This document shows, one piece after another, positions 1 through 9,029 of a stretch of 64,000 nt of DNA. The position numbers and the translations under genes were made by a program. Source of the DNA: Methanobacteriota archaeon (lineage in GTDB: Archaea > Thermoplasmatota > Thermoplasmata > SG8-5 > JAGLSY01); contig JAEHCQ010000001.1 in the NCBI GenBank assembly GCA_020696385.1, forward strand, positions 416,001 through 480,000. Direction: 5' to 3'. The notes under the pieces are model-generated. The model searched no databases and was not told the DNA's origin. It saw only the letters and a list, made by a program, of their open reading frames with translations. Positions within the stretch are counted from its first letter, which is position 1. Every line of letters starts with the position of its first letter.

Positions 1-585
1 AATATTGTAAGCATTCTCCACCTTGCCCTTGTCCTCCTTCTGCCCAAAGGTCTGAGCCAGAGCATCGACGATTGTCATGTCCGCGATACCGAGTCGCATC
101 TTGCCACTAGCTAATCTTCCCAAGTATTGAATTTCATTTTTAGTAGATGAATTGTGGAATAATAATGCTAATAATTTTATTTTGTATTCTTGTGAACCTG
201 ACCCTGAAGCCTTAGCAATGTTCATCATAGTTTCGAATATAAAATTTACGCTTAATTGTTCTTGAAATAGGGAAGTTTGCTTTTTTGTTTCCATAGCTTT
301 CAAAGCAACCTTGCCAGTATCCCCTCCACTAATCCACCAACTTTCTATTAATTTCTTATCTACACGAAAGGCTTCGTATAGTGCTTCATGAACCAAGGTG
401 TGAGAAAGTCCAAGTTCTATTCCTGTGAAATCTGGTGCAAGCTTACCCTGGGTGAGATAGATGACCTTATCGAGTATGTTCGGGGGAGTGATCTTGAACA
501 GCTCCACCAGTATCTCGGTCATCTCCAATCTTTTGCGAGTGGCCTCGATTCTTGAATAGGCCTTGGCGATCACGGAATAATCCAT
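1..585 (-). CDS. lig: ATP-dependent DNA ligase, N-terminal part (runs off window)
   Basis: Manual translation from ATG at 585: MDYSVIAKAYSRIEATRKRLEMTEIL...YLTQGKLAPDFTGIELGL...GSGSQ...GKMRLGIADMTIVDALA. This is the archaeal ligase DNA-binding domain. Not in the ORF track because it is truncated. Confidence 0.93.
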   Translation of the reverse strand, partial: MDYSVIAKAYSRIEATRKRLEMTEILVELFKITPPNILDKVIYLTQGKLAPDFTGIELGLSHTLVHEALYEAFRVDKKLIESWWISGGDTGKVALKAMETKKQTSLFQEQLSVNFIFETMMNIAKASGSGSQEYKIKLLALLFHNSSTKNEIQYLGRLASGKMRLGIADMTIVDALAQTFGQKEDKGKVENAYNI

Positions 586-710
586 TGGGCTGGGAATGGT
601 TTTAGGTCTTTAATAAATTTGGTTCGATCGTATCTATAAATGAACTATATATGATTAAATGATAAGATATAGCAATTAATTTATTAATAAGATAAACATC
701 AGGGGAATTT

Positions 711-1274
711 ATGGATGATACTAACAAAACATTGGTAGCGATAGTCGCCATCGCCGTAATAGTTGCTTTGGTTGTGGCAGGATTCTGGGCGATATCCACC
801 AATAATAAGATAGTGGAAGAGGAAGAGGCCATAGACAGCAACTGGGCTCAGGTGAGTAATCAATATCAGCGAAAGGTCGATCTGATACCCGAGCTTGTCA
901 CTATAGTTTCAAATTATCAGGAATTCGAGTCCAGTACCCTTAGCAATATCACCGCATTGCGTTCACAATGGATGGATGCCGATACTACAGAAGAGCAGGT
1001 CAATGCATCCAATGCACTGGATCAGGAATTGATGTCCATAGTCCTGACCTTTGAAGCATATCCATACCTTCAATCAGTATTCGTTGTCAGTGATCTGATG
1101 GTTTCGCTGGAGAGTACTGAGGATATGATCATGGTCGCGCGTATGAGATACAATGAGGCTGTCCAGGATTATAATACCCATATCAAAAAATTCCCTGCGA
1201 ACATGATAGCCGAGATGGGAGACTACGAAGAGCGTTCGTACTACTCCAGTACTGCTGGGCCTGAAGCACCATAA
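711..1274 (+). CDS. lemA: LemA family protein
   Basis: N-terminal TM helix; WAQVSNQYQRKVDLIPELV, FEAYPYL, ARMRYNEAVQDYN..IKKFPAN motifs. Confidence 0.92.
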   Translation: MDDTNKTLVAIVAIAVIVALVVAGFWAISTNNKIVEEEEAIDSNWAQVSNQYQRKVDLIPELVTIVSNYQEFESSTLSNITALRSQWMDADTTEEQVNASNALDQELMSIVLTFEAYPYLQSVFVVSDLMVSLESTEDMIMVARMRYNEAVQDYNTHIKKFPANMIAEMGDYEERSYYSSTAGPEAP

Positions 1275-1288
1275 TAGAGCGGCTGGCT

Positions 1289-1981
1289 ATGAGATCGCAC
1301 TGGACTTTGGGTGTTTTAATAGCTTTATCACTTCTAGTTCCAGCTGTGTCTGGGTATCCTCAATTGGATTACTATGTCACGGATGATGTCGGAGTTCTTC
1401 TGCTCGATGAGATAAACCTCATCGAGCAGGTGTGTTCCGATATGTATTACGAGACCGGGGTGGAGATGGCCATCCTCATCGTGAATGATACGGGAGATGA
1501 TGATATCACCCTTTTCGCGGTAAAAACATTCGAAGAGAATGGCATAGGTCAAGAAGGCGAAGATAATGGCCTTCTTTTCATCATTGTCACGGGTACTGAT
1601 GAATGGCGTATAGAGGTCGGTTATGGTCTGCAAGGCACCTTGCCAGCTATTTTGGTCCATCATATCGCGGAAGACAATCTGGAACCCGCAATGGCACAGG
1701 GCGATTATTTCACCGGTATAGGCAGCACGGTGGCCGAGCTGGCTGATGAGATATTGGAGAATTATGATGGGGAGCCCGTGGAAAAAACAAGTCCTTATCC
1801 GATAAGCTGGCTGCCATTAACATGGTTTCAATTGATCATGATATGGATAGTCATCGTGATAATGATACTGACAAAAGGCCAGGTCATTCTCTGGATACTG
1901 CCCTTTTTAGGAGGCGGTAGCGGGGGAAAGAAATGGGGTGGCGGACGATCTGGTGGTGGAGGATCCAGAGGCAAGCTCTGA
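1289..1981 (+). CDS. TPM domain (DUF477/YgcG-like) membrane protein
   Basis: YVTDDVGVL, GIGQEGEDNGLL, RIEVGYGL, TM helix and Gly-rich tail GGGRSGGGGS; usual partner of lemA. Confidence 0.9.
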   Translation: MRSHWTLGVLIALSLLVPAVSGYPQLDYYVTDDVGVLLLDEINLIEQVCSDMYYETGVEMAILIVNDTGDDDITLFAVKTFEENGIGQEGEDNGLLFIIVTGTDEWRIEVGYGLQGTLPAILVHHIAEDNLEPAMAQGDYFTGIGSTVAELADEILENYDGEPVEKTSPYPISWLPLTWFQLIMIWIVIVIMILTKGQVILWILPFLGGGSGGKKWGGGRSGGGGSRGKL

Positions 1982-1996
1982 CCTTTATCATTCGAA

Positions 1997-2146
1997 CTAA
2001 CTATAATTGCCGCGGCTGAACCCAAGTATGGATTCGCATATCGGGCAGGAATACATTATCTCCTGTTTGAAGAAGCCAGCACCCTTGATATCTCTTATCA
2101 CGCTATCGATAGATACCTGATTCTTACAGTGTGGACATTTTGCCAT
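1997..2146 (-). CDS. small zinc-ribbon protein (49 aa, CPHC...CPIC)
   Basis: MAKCPHCK...MYSCPICESILG has two CPxC motifs; start taken at ATG 2146, about 25 nt downstream of an AT-rich TATA-like box. Confidence 0.7.
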   Translation of the reverse strand: MAKCPHCKNQVSIDSVIRDIKGAGFFKQEIMYSCPICESILGFSRGNYS

Positions 2147-2260
2147 ATTATAGAGTATGTTATCAATATTATATAACATGAATTTGGGCTTTCCCTGGGA
2201 AATCCCGCACTGGACTTATAAGCCTATTTTTACATTATTATTGATAGGAGGCGAAAAACT

Positions 2261-2356
2261 ATGAACTGCGTAACCTGCAAGGTTTGGGTCAAGATGGCAC
2301 GCGATGCCGCTCAGCGAGTGTGCACGACTTGCCAGCAAGTCAGCAATCCGGTGTGA
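2261..2356 (+). CDS. putative 31-aa CxxC/CxxC microprotein
   Basis: MNCVTCKVWVKMARDAAQRVCTTCQQVSNPV*, preceded by SD-like GGAGGCGA at 2247-2254; below the ORF-track size cutoff. Confidence 0.55.
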   Translation: MNCVTCKVWVKMARDAAQRVCTTCQQVSNPV

Positions 2357-2527
2357 CTACAGGGAAATTATGCAGTTGGTGGTCTATCTTACTGATACTA
2401 ACAAAAACCAAAAAAAAGGGAACGGGGAAGAAAAAGTAAGACCTCCTACCTGCATCTCCTCTATAATCATAAAATGGCCAGTCAGCCCAATACTGGCCCA
2501 ACTTTTATTTATTTAATTTAATTTTCA

Positions 2528-3406
2528 TTAATTGGATCTTGCTTTGGCCTTTCTTATCTTCTTGGACATTTCCGCTTTCTTGGAATATCTGGCCAGCATA
2601 TAAATGAGTATAATTCCGAGGATCGCGGGCATCAGGATGCTTGTGGCCAAATTGGCATCCGTATCGATATTGTCATAAGGTAATCTGAGGGCTCCGAGCA
2701 TCAGGCCAGTTAGAAAAGAAATGGTCTGATACTTCCATTTTTTAATCACTATATTGAGGACCTTGGAGAAGGCCAGCAGGCCGATGATAGCTCCCAATAG
2801 GAAGGCGAATATATCCTCCAGGACCAGAGTCTTGAGAGAGTGTAGCATGTACTCATACTGGTTTAAGAAAAGCAGTATCAGAGCTCCAGAGATTCCAGGC
2901 AATATCATGGCGCAGATCGCCACTATGCCAGATATGAAAATTATATGCAATTCATGACCCATGGTCAGGGAGGTCATACCGACAAAAAGATAGGCGAAGA
3001 AACCTCCGATTATCATCAGGAAAATATTGACTGCCGTTTTCTGCCTTATGTCCATGAAGAGCATGACCGCGGAGGCCAGGATTATCGCGAAGAAGAATGC
3101 GTATATTTCAGTGGTATGGTGTTCCAGAAGATAGCCCATGATATTGGACATCAGAAGAAAAGCAAGAAAGATCCCGGCAGCCAGCGGTATGAAGAATTCC
3201 AAATCAAGTTTCTTGTTCTTTGTAACATCCTTTCTCTTGATGGTGTTGATAAGTGTCTCTTTATTCACCTGGCTGATTCCTCGAACCAGCCTTTCGTAGA
3301 TGCCAGTTATTAGGGCGACAGTGCCGCCGGACACACCTGGAACTATGTCCGCCATGCCCATGGCCATGCCCTTGAAGAAAATGGAGCCAGATTGTTTTGG
3401 TTTCAT
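2528..3406 (-). CDS. DUF368 family membrane protein
   Basis: KGMAMGMADIVPGVSGGTVALITGIYERLV and AMILPGISG motifs, multiple TMs; start re-set to ATG 3406 with AGGTG upstream. Confidence 0.9.
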   Translation of the reverse strand: MKPKQSGSIFFKGMAMGMADIVPGVSGGTVALITGIYERLVRGISQVNKETLINTIKRKDVTKNKKLDLEFFIPLAAGIFLAFLLMSNIMGYLLEHHTTEIYAFFFAIILASAVMLFMDIRQKTAVNIFLMIIGGFFAYLFVGMTSLTMGHELHIIFISGIVAICAMILPGISGALILLFLNQYEYMLHSLKTLVLEDIFAFLLGAIIGLLAFSKVLNIVIKKWKYQTISFLTGLMLGALRLPYDNIDTDANLATSILMPAILGIILIYMLARYSKKAEMSKKIRKAKARSN

Positions 3407-3488
3407 ACTACACCTACTGTGGGTATATGTATCAATATTTAATAATGGTGGGTCTCGGAAAGGTGGATATGCTCTGATGGTAAAATGC

Positions 3489-5258
3489 TCAACCAGAATA
3501 ATAGTACTCGCCAGCACTCTTTTGTTCGCGATCCAGTCTACTGCCATCCTTGTTAATTCTTGGGCGGTTGGTGTCCGTGTCCCGCCTGAAAGTGATATTC
3601 ACATCTTTCAGGAACTGGTTCATTCCCACTCTCATTCCAAAGGGGCCAGCTCCATGACCTTTAACAGATGGCTCACCATCGAATACCATGATGGAATCTG
3701 CCACCATGTCGATGAAATAAACATCGTGGTCGACGATCATGCCAGACTTGCCGGATTTCTCCATCACACGACGGATGGTCCGGGCGGCCTCCATTCTCTG
3801 ATTCGAATCAAGGTAAGCGGATGGTTCATCAATAAGGTAGATATCGGCCTCGCGGCCAAGGGCGAGGGCGATGGCAACTCGCTGCAATTCTCCACCGGAA
3901 ATCGAATCCACCATCCGGTCCATTAATGGCTCGAGGTTCAGGGGGGCTGCCACCTCTGCTTTGAAGAAGCCGGACTCCATCGCTTTGCCTATCTGGCTTA
4001 AAAGAAGAATACGAACTGATCCGTCAAAGTCCGGCTCGATGTATTGCGGTTTGTAGGAAACCTTAACCTCAGTTTCCACTGCGCCAGAATCGGGCTGAAT
4101 CTCATTGGCTAACATCTTGACAAAAGTGGTCTTCCCGGTTGCATTTGAACCGACAATTCCGACCACTTCTCCGGCCTTTATAGTGCCGGGCTCTGTCTCC
4201 ATCTCAAAGGACTCGAATTTCTTTTTCAGGCTGTCAAATGTTACAAGATCCGGGGCTGTCCAGTCTTCCCTCGGGGCCTTTGTCTCGAACTTTATCGCCT
4301 TTGTGCGCACACGGATATTCTCTTCCTTAAGATATCCGTCCAGGTAGGTGTTGATAGCACTTCGCACTGTTCGCGGGTGTGCGACCACACCGAAAGTCCC
4401 TTCCATCCCGTACATGAGATAGACATTGTCGGCTAAGAAATCAAGAACCGCGAGATCATGCTCGATGACCATAACTTGGCTTTTCTTGGCCAGTGTCTGG
4501 ATGGCCTTGGCGACATTAAGTCTTTGATAAATGTCAAGATAAGATGATGGCTCGTCGAAGAAATATATATCCGCGTCCTTGAGGAAGGTCGCGGCTATGG
4601 CCACTCTCTGAAGTTCTCCACCAGATAGTTTTCCCAATTCACGATCCATGCAGTGCTCGATGAATAATTCTTGACTTACTTCATCAAGTCGGCCGCTATC
4701 ATCCACTTTTTTGAGCAATTCACTGACCTTGCCAGTGTGCACCTTGGGAAGCATGTCCACATACTGCGGTTTCATAGCAGTTCTTATGTCACCCTGGGAA
4801 ACTTTTTGAAGATAATTGACCATCTCGGTTCCTGCATATTTATCCAGGACGTGATCCCATGTAGCTTCTTCCTCCAGGTTCCCCATATTCGGAATTTCCT
4901 CTCCGGATAATATGCGGATGGCCGTGGTTTTCCCGATACCGTTTGGTCCAAGAATTCCAATGACATCCCCTTCTCTGGGTACTGGTAATCTGTAAAGCTG
5001 GAAACCATTGACACCATATTGCTGGACAAGCTCTCCTTCCAACTCTTTTGGAAGACCGATTATCCTAATGGCATCGAAGGGACATTTATTGATGCATATT
5101 CCGCAGCCCACGCATAGCTCTTCGGAGATAATCGGCTTGGTGTCTGGACCCACAACTATGGTCTCGTCACCACTACGGACTCGAGGGCAGAATTTGATAC
5201 ACTCAATATTACATCGCTTTGGTTGGCACCTATCTTTTAGCAGAACTGCTATGCGCAT
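3489..5258 (-). CDS. rli: ribosome recycling ATPase ABCE1/RLI
   Basis: N-terminal Fe-S Cys motifs (CQPKRC..EC..FCP, CVGCGIC..KCP), two ABC domains (GPNGIGKTT, GSNATGKTT, SGGELQRVAIA); start MRIAV at 5258. Confidence 0.97.
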   Translation of the reverse strand: MRIAVLLKDRCQPKRCNIECIKFCPRVRSGDETIVVGPDTKPIISEELCVGCGICINKCPFDAIRIIGLPKELEGELVQQYGVNGFQLYRLPVPREGDVIGILGPNGIGKTTAIRILSGEEIPNMGNLEEEATWDHVLDKYAGTEMVNYLQKVSQGDIRTAMKPQYVDMLPKVHTGKVSELLKKVDDSGRLDEVSQELFIEHCMDRELGKLSGGELQRVAIAATFLKDADIYFFDEPSSYLDIYQRLNVAKAIQTLAKKSQVMVIEHDLAVLDFLADNVYLMYGMEGTFGVVAHPRTVRSAINTYLDGYLKEENIRVRTKAIKFETKAPREDWTAPDLVTFDSLKKKFESFEMETEPGTIKAGEVVGIVGSNATGKTTFVKMLANEIQPDSGAVETEVKVSYKPQYIEPDFDGSVRILLLSQIGKAMESGFFKAEVAAPLNLEPLMDRMVDSISGGELQRVAIALALGREADIYLIDEPSAYLDSNQRMEAARTIRRVMEKSGKSGMIVDHDVYFIDMVADSIMVFDGEPSVKGHGAGPFGMRVGMNQFLKDVNITFRRDTDTNRPRINKDGSRLDREQKSAGEYYYSG

Positions 5259-5406
5259 GAGATGTTGTATTAACAAGTTAGATTTAAATTAATTGGATAG
5301 TTTCTATCATTTTTTGTAATTTACAATAATTTATAATGTAGATAAATTCAGCAATAAAGGTTATACATAGGTTCACCATTTTAGTAGAATAATAGGGGAC
5401 TAAAAC

Positions 5407-5889
5407 ATGGCAGAAAGTAAATTAGATATCATACAGGCAATTGAAATAGCGATGCAGGAAGAGCTGGCTGCAGCTGGTTTTTATCACATGGCGATGAAGA
5501 AAGTTAAGGATGGAAGAGCTATCAAAATGCTGGAACAACTTATCATGTTCGAGCAGCACCATTATGAGAAGCTTATTGATCTTAAGATCTCGCTGGAAGC
5601 CGATGGGAAGTTCATAGCCTATGAAGGGATTGAATTCGTTCTACCACCCAGCACGGTGGAGGCTGCGGGTCGCATCGAAGAGAATAAAGGCGATATTCTG
5701 AATATTCTCAGCATTGCCATTAAGACCGAGGCGAATGCTAAGGAGAAATATCTTGAACTGGCAGAAAAGACCGAGATCCCGGAAGGTAAGGCGATGTTCA
5801 CCAAGCTTGCGCAGGAAGAAGAGATGCATTGGAGAATTCTAAGCGACGAGCATTATCACATCACGAATGATGGTATGTGGGGAATCTGA
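5407..5889 (+). CDS. ferritin-like/rubrerythrin family protein
   Basis: Two E...ExxH di-iron helix pairs (AMQEE...EQHH; AIKTE...EEMH). Confidence 0.85.
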   Translation: MAESKLDIIQAIEIAMQEELAAAGFYHMAMKKVKDGRAIKMLEQLIMFEQHHYEKLIDLKISLEADGKFIAYEGIEFVLPPSTVEAAGRIEENKGDILNILSIAIKTEANAKEKYLELAEKTEIPEGKAMFTKLAQEEEMHWRILSDEHYHITNDGMWGI

Positions 5890-5918
5890 ACTACCAGGTT
5901 TTTATCCTGGTAGTTCAG
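5886..5918. terminator. 13-bp perfect inverted repeat between convergent genes
   Basis: CTGAACTACCAGG-tttttat-CCTGGTAGTTCAG. Confidence 0.6.
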
Positions 5919-5947
5919 TAGATTATTATTATTCAATTAGCTTTAGC

Positions 5948-8731
5948 TCAGTCAGACTTCCTGAGCTTTCTCCATACCACGGAGCCAATTAGCACGAGCA
6001 GAGGCAGTACATACAGTATGGCCAGATGGCTGTCATCACCTGTATTTCGTGCTCCTACATCATCCATTGATCCGGTAGTGTTCTGATCCTCCGATGTCAA
6101 GGTTGTTTCCTCCATTGATCCGGTCTGATCTTGACCTGGTCCTGAGATATCCAGGTCATTTACAGGAGCTTCTATTTTCACTATCAGATAGGTATGATTG
6201 ATATTCCCGTAGATATCCGATATGGCCAGTGTCACATTATGATCGCCTGGTTCACTAAATGCCCAAGTTATGTTCATATTGAATGAATCCGCAATTCCAT
6301 CTGAATCCATATCCCATGAGTAGTTCGATATTTCATGTTCCGAGATCGAGCTGGAGGCTGAGAAATTGATGGTCATGTTTGTCATGAAAATACCAGTTGC
6401 GACGATCACTGGTATGGGCTTGTCCATCTCGTCTTTCCAGTCATATCCAAATACCCGGGTGAAATATTCGGCTATTTCATCATTTTCCACTATGATGCCC
6501 ACTTCCCTGTTCCGTGTGCATGAGTTCTCATTCCAGTTTATGCTGGATATCAGAGTTTTTGAATCATCCACCACCAAGCCTTTTGTGTGGACCTTGGTGA
6601 AAATATGGGTGCCGGATCTGACCAGCCTTGCCTCGATGTCCAGATCCTCTGCTTCAGCCAGTGAATTTAGGTACGCGACAGTGTCATCATTGTCATTGTA
6701 ATCCTCGAATTTGATATTATAATCTGAAGAGTCGAGAAGTACCTTGACAGAGCAGCCTCGCCTGGCAGCATCTATCAGGGCTGTCAGGTATGGGTTAAGC
6801 TGTGGCCAAGTTCCATCTGCATTTCGCTTTCCCCAGTGCAGGTCGATGTAAAATTGCTCAGCCAGTATAGCGTCCTCTGCGGAGGATATCAGCTTCATCA
6901 AGGGGTCTTCCGGGGTGAGAGACATATCCGGGTAGATCACGGCGGTCACATTTGATGTGGATATACTGGTTTGCTGCTCGAAGATGGGCTCCAGCGTCTT
7001 TTCCTTTATTGGTTCATAGATATCGGATACCACATTTGGTTCGAACTCACACACATCTTCCCAGTCCGCCTTCCAGTCATTGTAAAATATCTGGGAAAAA
7101 TAATCTGCAAGATCATCATTCTCTATGGCGATCCCCCAACCTCGATTGCCTGTGGTTCCCGGAACTGGCACGCCACTTTTCTTCCAATTCTCGGTCATGA
7201 CGATAGTTGTTGAATTATCTGCGACCATGTATTTCGCATGATTGAAATTGTACCTGGTCTCGACCTTGACACCGGAAGGATTCTGCGTATGAACATCGGC
7301 TCCTGCCAGTACCAACCATGAAAGTAGTTCTTCTTCCGCATCTGGCATGCCGCCGACAGGTGAGCCATCAACCAATATTCTGACATCCACTCCCCTTGAA
7401 AGAGCGTCGCGAAGTGATGTGGCCAGATGGGCGTCTGTGAATTCGTAAAGATTGAGCGAGATACAAACTTTCGCATTCTCGATGACATCGATGATAGCAT
7501 CCATTGAACAATCTGGAGACACGAAAGCAGTGGTATGGCCAGATGTTTGGAAATATCCAGATGTGGCACTGGACTGGCCAGCCTTGATGACCTTGTATGT
7601 ATCCCAATCCAATGATGAATTCGAGTCAAGGTAAGTTCCATTGATCATCATTCTCTTGACTATCTGATATGAACCATCCACTTCCACTGCCGGCCCTATC
7701 CAGCCTTCCCCACTGTGGGTGGAATCGCCGAAGACAAAAGCATCTGCCACGTCGAGGCCAGTGCTCACAAGGAATATCTCATCCCCATCATTCGCCATCG
7801 TGGGGCTTGACTTGGGCACGCTGAGACTATCCATAGTCGATATACCAGTATAGGAAAATTCAGGATACTGGAGGGTCATCTCGTAGTATCTGGTTCCATT
7901 GTCTGCTATTGTCATCACCTCGCCTGGCAGGATCATGGTGCCCTTTTCAAAAACAGCCAAGCCCTCACCATCGGTGATGCCACACATGCTCAGATCGATG
8001 GATCCATTGGTCGGATTCATTATCTGGATGAACTCGCCACCCAGCTTGGCATCGGGGCAAACGGCGGTGATCAGAACACCGCCGATATTCCTGGATGAGG
8101 AGCCAGGTGTTGGGAGTGACTGGCTCCATTCGCTCCCTTCTTTCACATAGGAATAACCTTCAGATATGAATGATAGATTGGATCGCTGACCAAGCTCCAT
8201 TGGCGGAAGGTCCACCGAGCTGCCATCACCATAACTTATGAAGTCCATAGGATAGCCAGTACTGTTCTGAAGAAGTATGTCATCGCCAGAGCCAGTGAGT
8301 ATGGAGGATGTCTTGTTCATGAACAAGTACCAGGAACCCTCGCTGGCATTGTGGTATGATACACCGCAGTTCACATGCACGACTGCGAACTCGCCAGGAG
8401 CCAGAGTGATATTTTGAAATACCATGTCCACACCTCCATCCTGATCACTAAGTGTCCAGTTCAGTATATTCCGGGGAGTGGCTCCCGTATTCTGCAGCTC
8501 GATGAATTCCCCATCCAACTCCAGGCCGAGAGGGTTGTAGAGAAATTCGCTTATGATAATTCCAGATGATGAATTAGTAGTTGAGATGCTGGATGTAGTG
8601 GTGTTAGTGGTGGTGGAACTATCCATTATCTGAATTGGAGCTACATCTGCTGCGGCCGAATTCACTGCCGTTCCGCACAGGTTGATCATTGTCAGGGCGA
8701 TTATCAGGATTGCTATCATTGTCTTTTTCAT
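5948..8731 (-). CDS. secreted, membrane-anchored phospholipase D-superfamily protein with two lamin-tail domains and a PKD domain
   Basis: Signal peptide from MKKTMIAIL (8731); LTD motifs IISEFLYNP..GEFIELQN; two HKD motifs HAKYMVAD and HTKGLVVD; PKD YSWDMDSDG; C-terminal TM plus basic tail. Confidence 0.88.
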   Translation of the reverse strand: MKKTMIAILIIALTMINLCGTAVNSAAADVAPIQIMDSSTTTNTTTSSISTTNSSSGIIISEFLYNPLGLELDGEFIELQNTGATPRNILNWTLSDQDGGVDMVFQNITLAPGEFAVVHVNCGVSYHNASEGSWYLFMNKTSSILTGSGDDILLQNSTGYPMDFISYGDGSSVDLPPMELGQRSNLSFISEGYSYVKEGSEWSQSLPTPGSSSRNIGGVLITAVCPDAKLGGEFIQIMNPTNGSIDLSMCGITDGEGLAVFEKGTMILPGEVMTIADNGTRYYEMTLQYPEFSYTGISTMDSLSVPKSSPTMANDGDEIFLVSTGLDVADAFVFGDSTHSGEGWIGPAVEVDGSYQIVKRMMINGTYLDSNSSLDWDTYKVIKAGQSSATSGYFQTSGHTTAFVSPDCSMDAIIDVIENAKVCISLNLYEFTDAHLATSLRDALSRGVDVRILVDGSPVGGMPDAEEELLSWLVLAGADVHTQNPSGVKVETRYNFNHAKYMVADNSTTIVMTENWKKSGVPVPGTTGNRGWGIAIENDDLADYFSQIFYNDWKADWEDVCEFEPNVVSDIYEPIKEKTLEPIFEQQTSISTSNVTAVIYPDMSLTPEDPLMKLISSAEDAILAEQFYIDLHWGKRNADGTWPQLNPYLTALIDAARRGCSVKVLLDSSDYNIKFEDYNDNDDTVAYLNSLAEAEDLDIEARLVRSGTHIFTKVHTKGLVVDDSKTLISSINWNENSCTRNREVGIIVENDEIAEYFTRVFGYDWKDEMDKPIPVIVATGIFMTNMTINFSASSSISEHEISNYSWDMDSDGIADSFNMNITWAFSEPGDHNVTLAISDIYGNINHTYLIVKIEAPVNDLDISGPGQDQTGSMEETTLTSEDQNTTGSMDDVGARNTGDDSHLAILYVLPLLVLIGSVVWRKLRKSD

Positions 8732-8899
8732 CTTATCACTGAAGCGAAACTGCACCTGCCCGCATATAAACAAAGTCGATTCTTGTAGGCTATATGTAGG
8801 GTATTTTTTTCATCATAATATTGCGGATCATACATGACCTTCATGATTCAATTATATCAATTTTGACAATATAGCCAGTACTTAAAATTCGACATTAAC

Positions 8900-8944
8900 T
8901 TTATATAATATACAAGTAACAAAGCTACCTGGGCAATTTATAAA
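8900..8944. promoter_or_regulatory. TATA-box candidates in the divergent PLD/array intergenic region
   Basis: TTTATATAA at 8900-8908 and TTTATAAA at 8937-8944. Confidence 0.45.
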
Positions 8945-9029
8945 TATGCATTGTTGTAATACATGCGTATATGATACAACAGACGTTGTATAGCTAGACT
9001 CAGGGTGGGGGTCTTTTGGAGGAATCTTC

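Noticed and set aside
2304-2516. 70-aa ORF from the track
   Set aside because: No SD, and it runs through low-complexity A-tracts; the overlapping 31-aa CxxC ORF has better signals.
3407-3547. Long N-terminal extension of the DUF368 ORF overlapping ABCE1
   Set aside because: The family motif and SD support ATG 3406.
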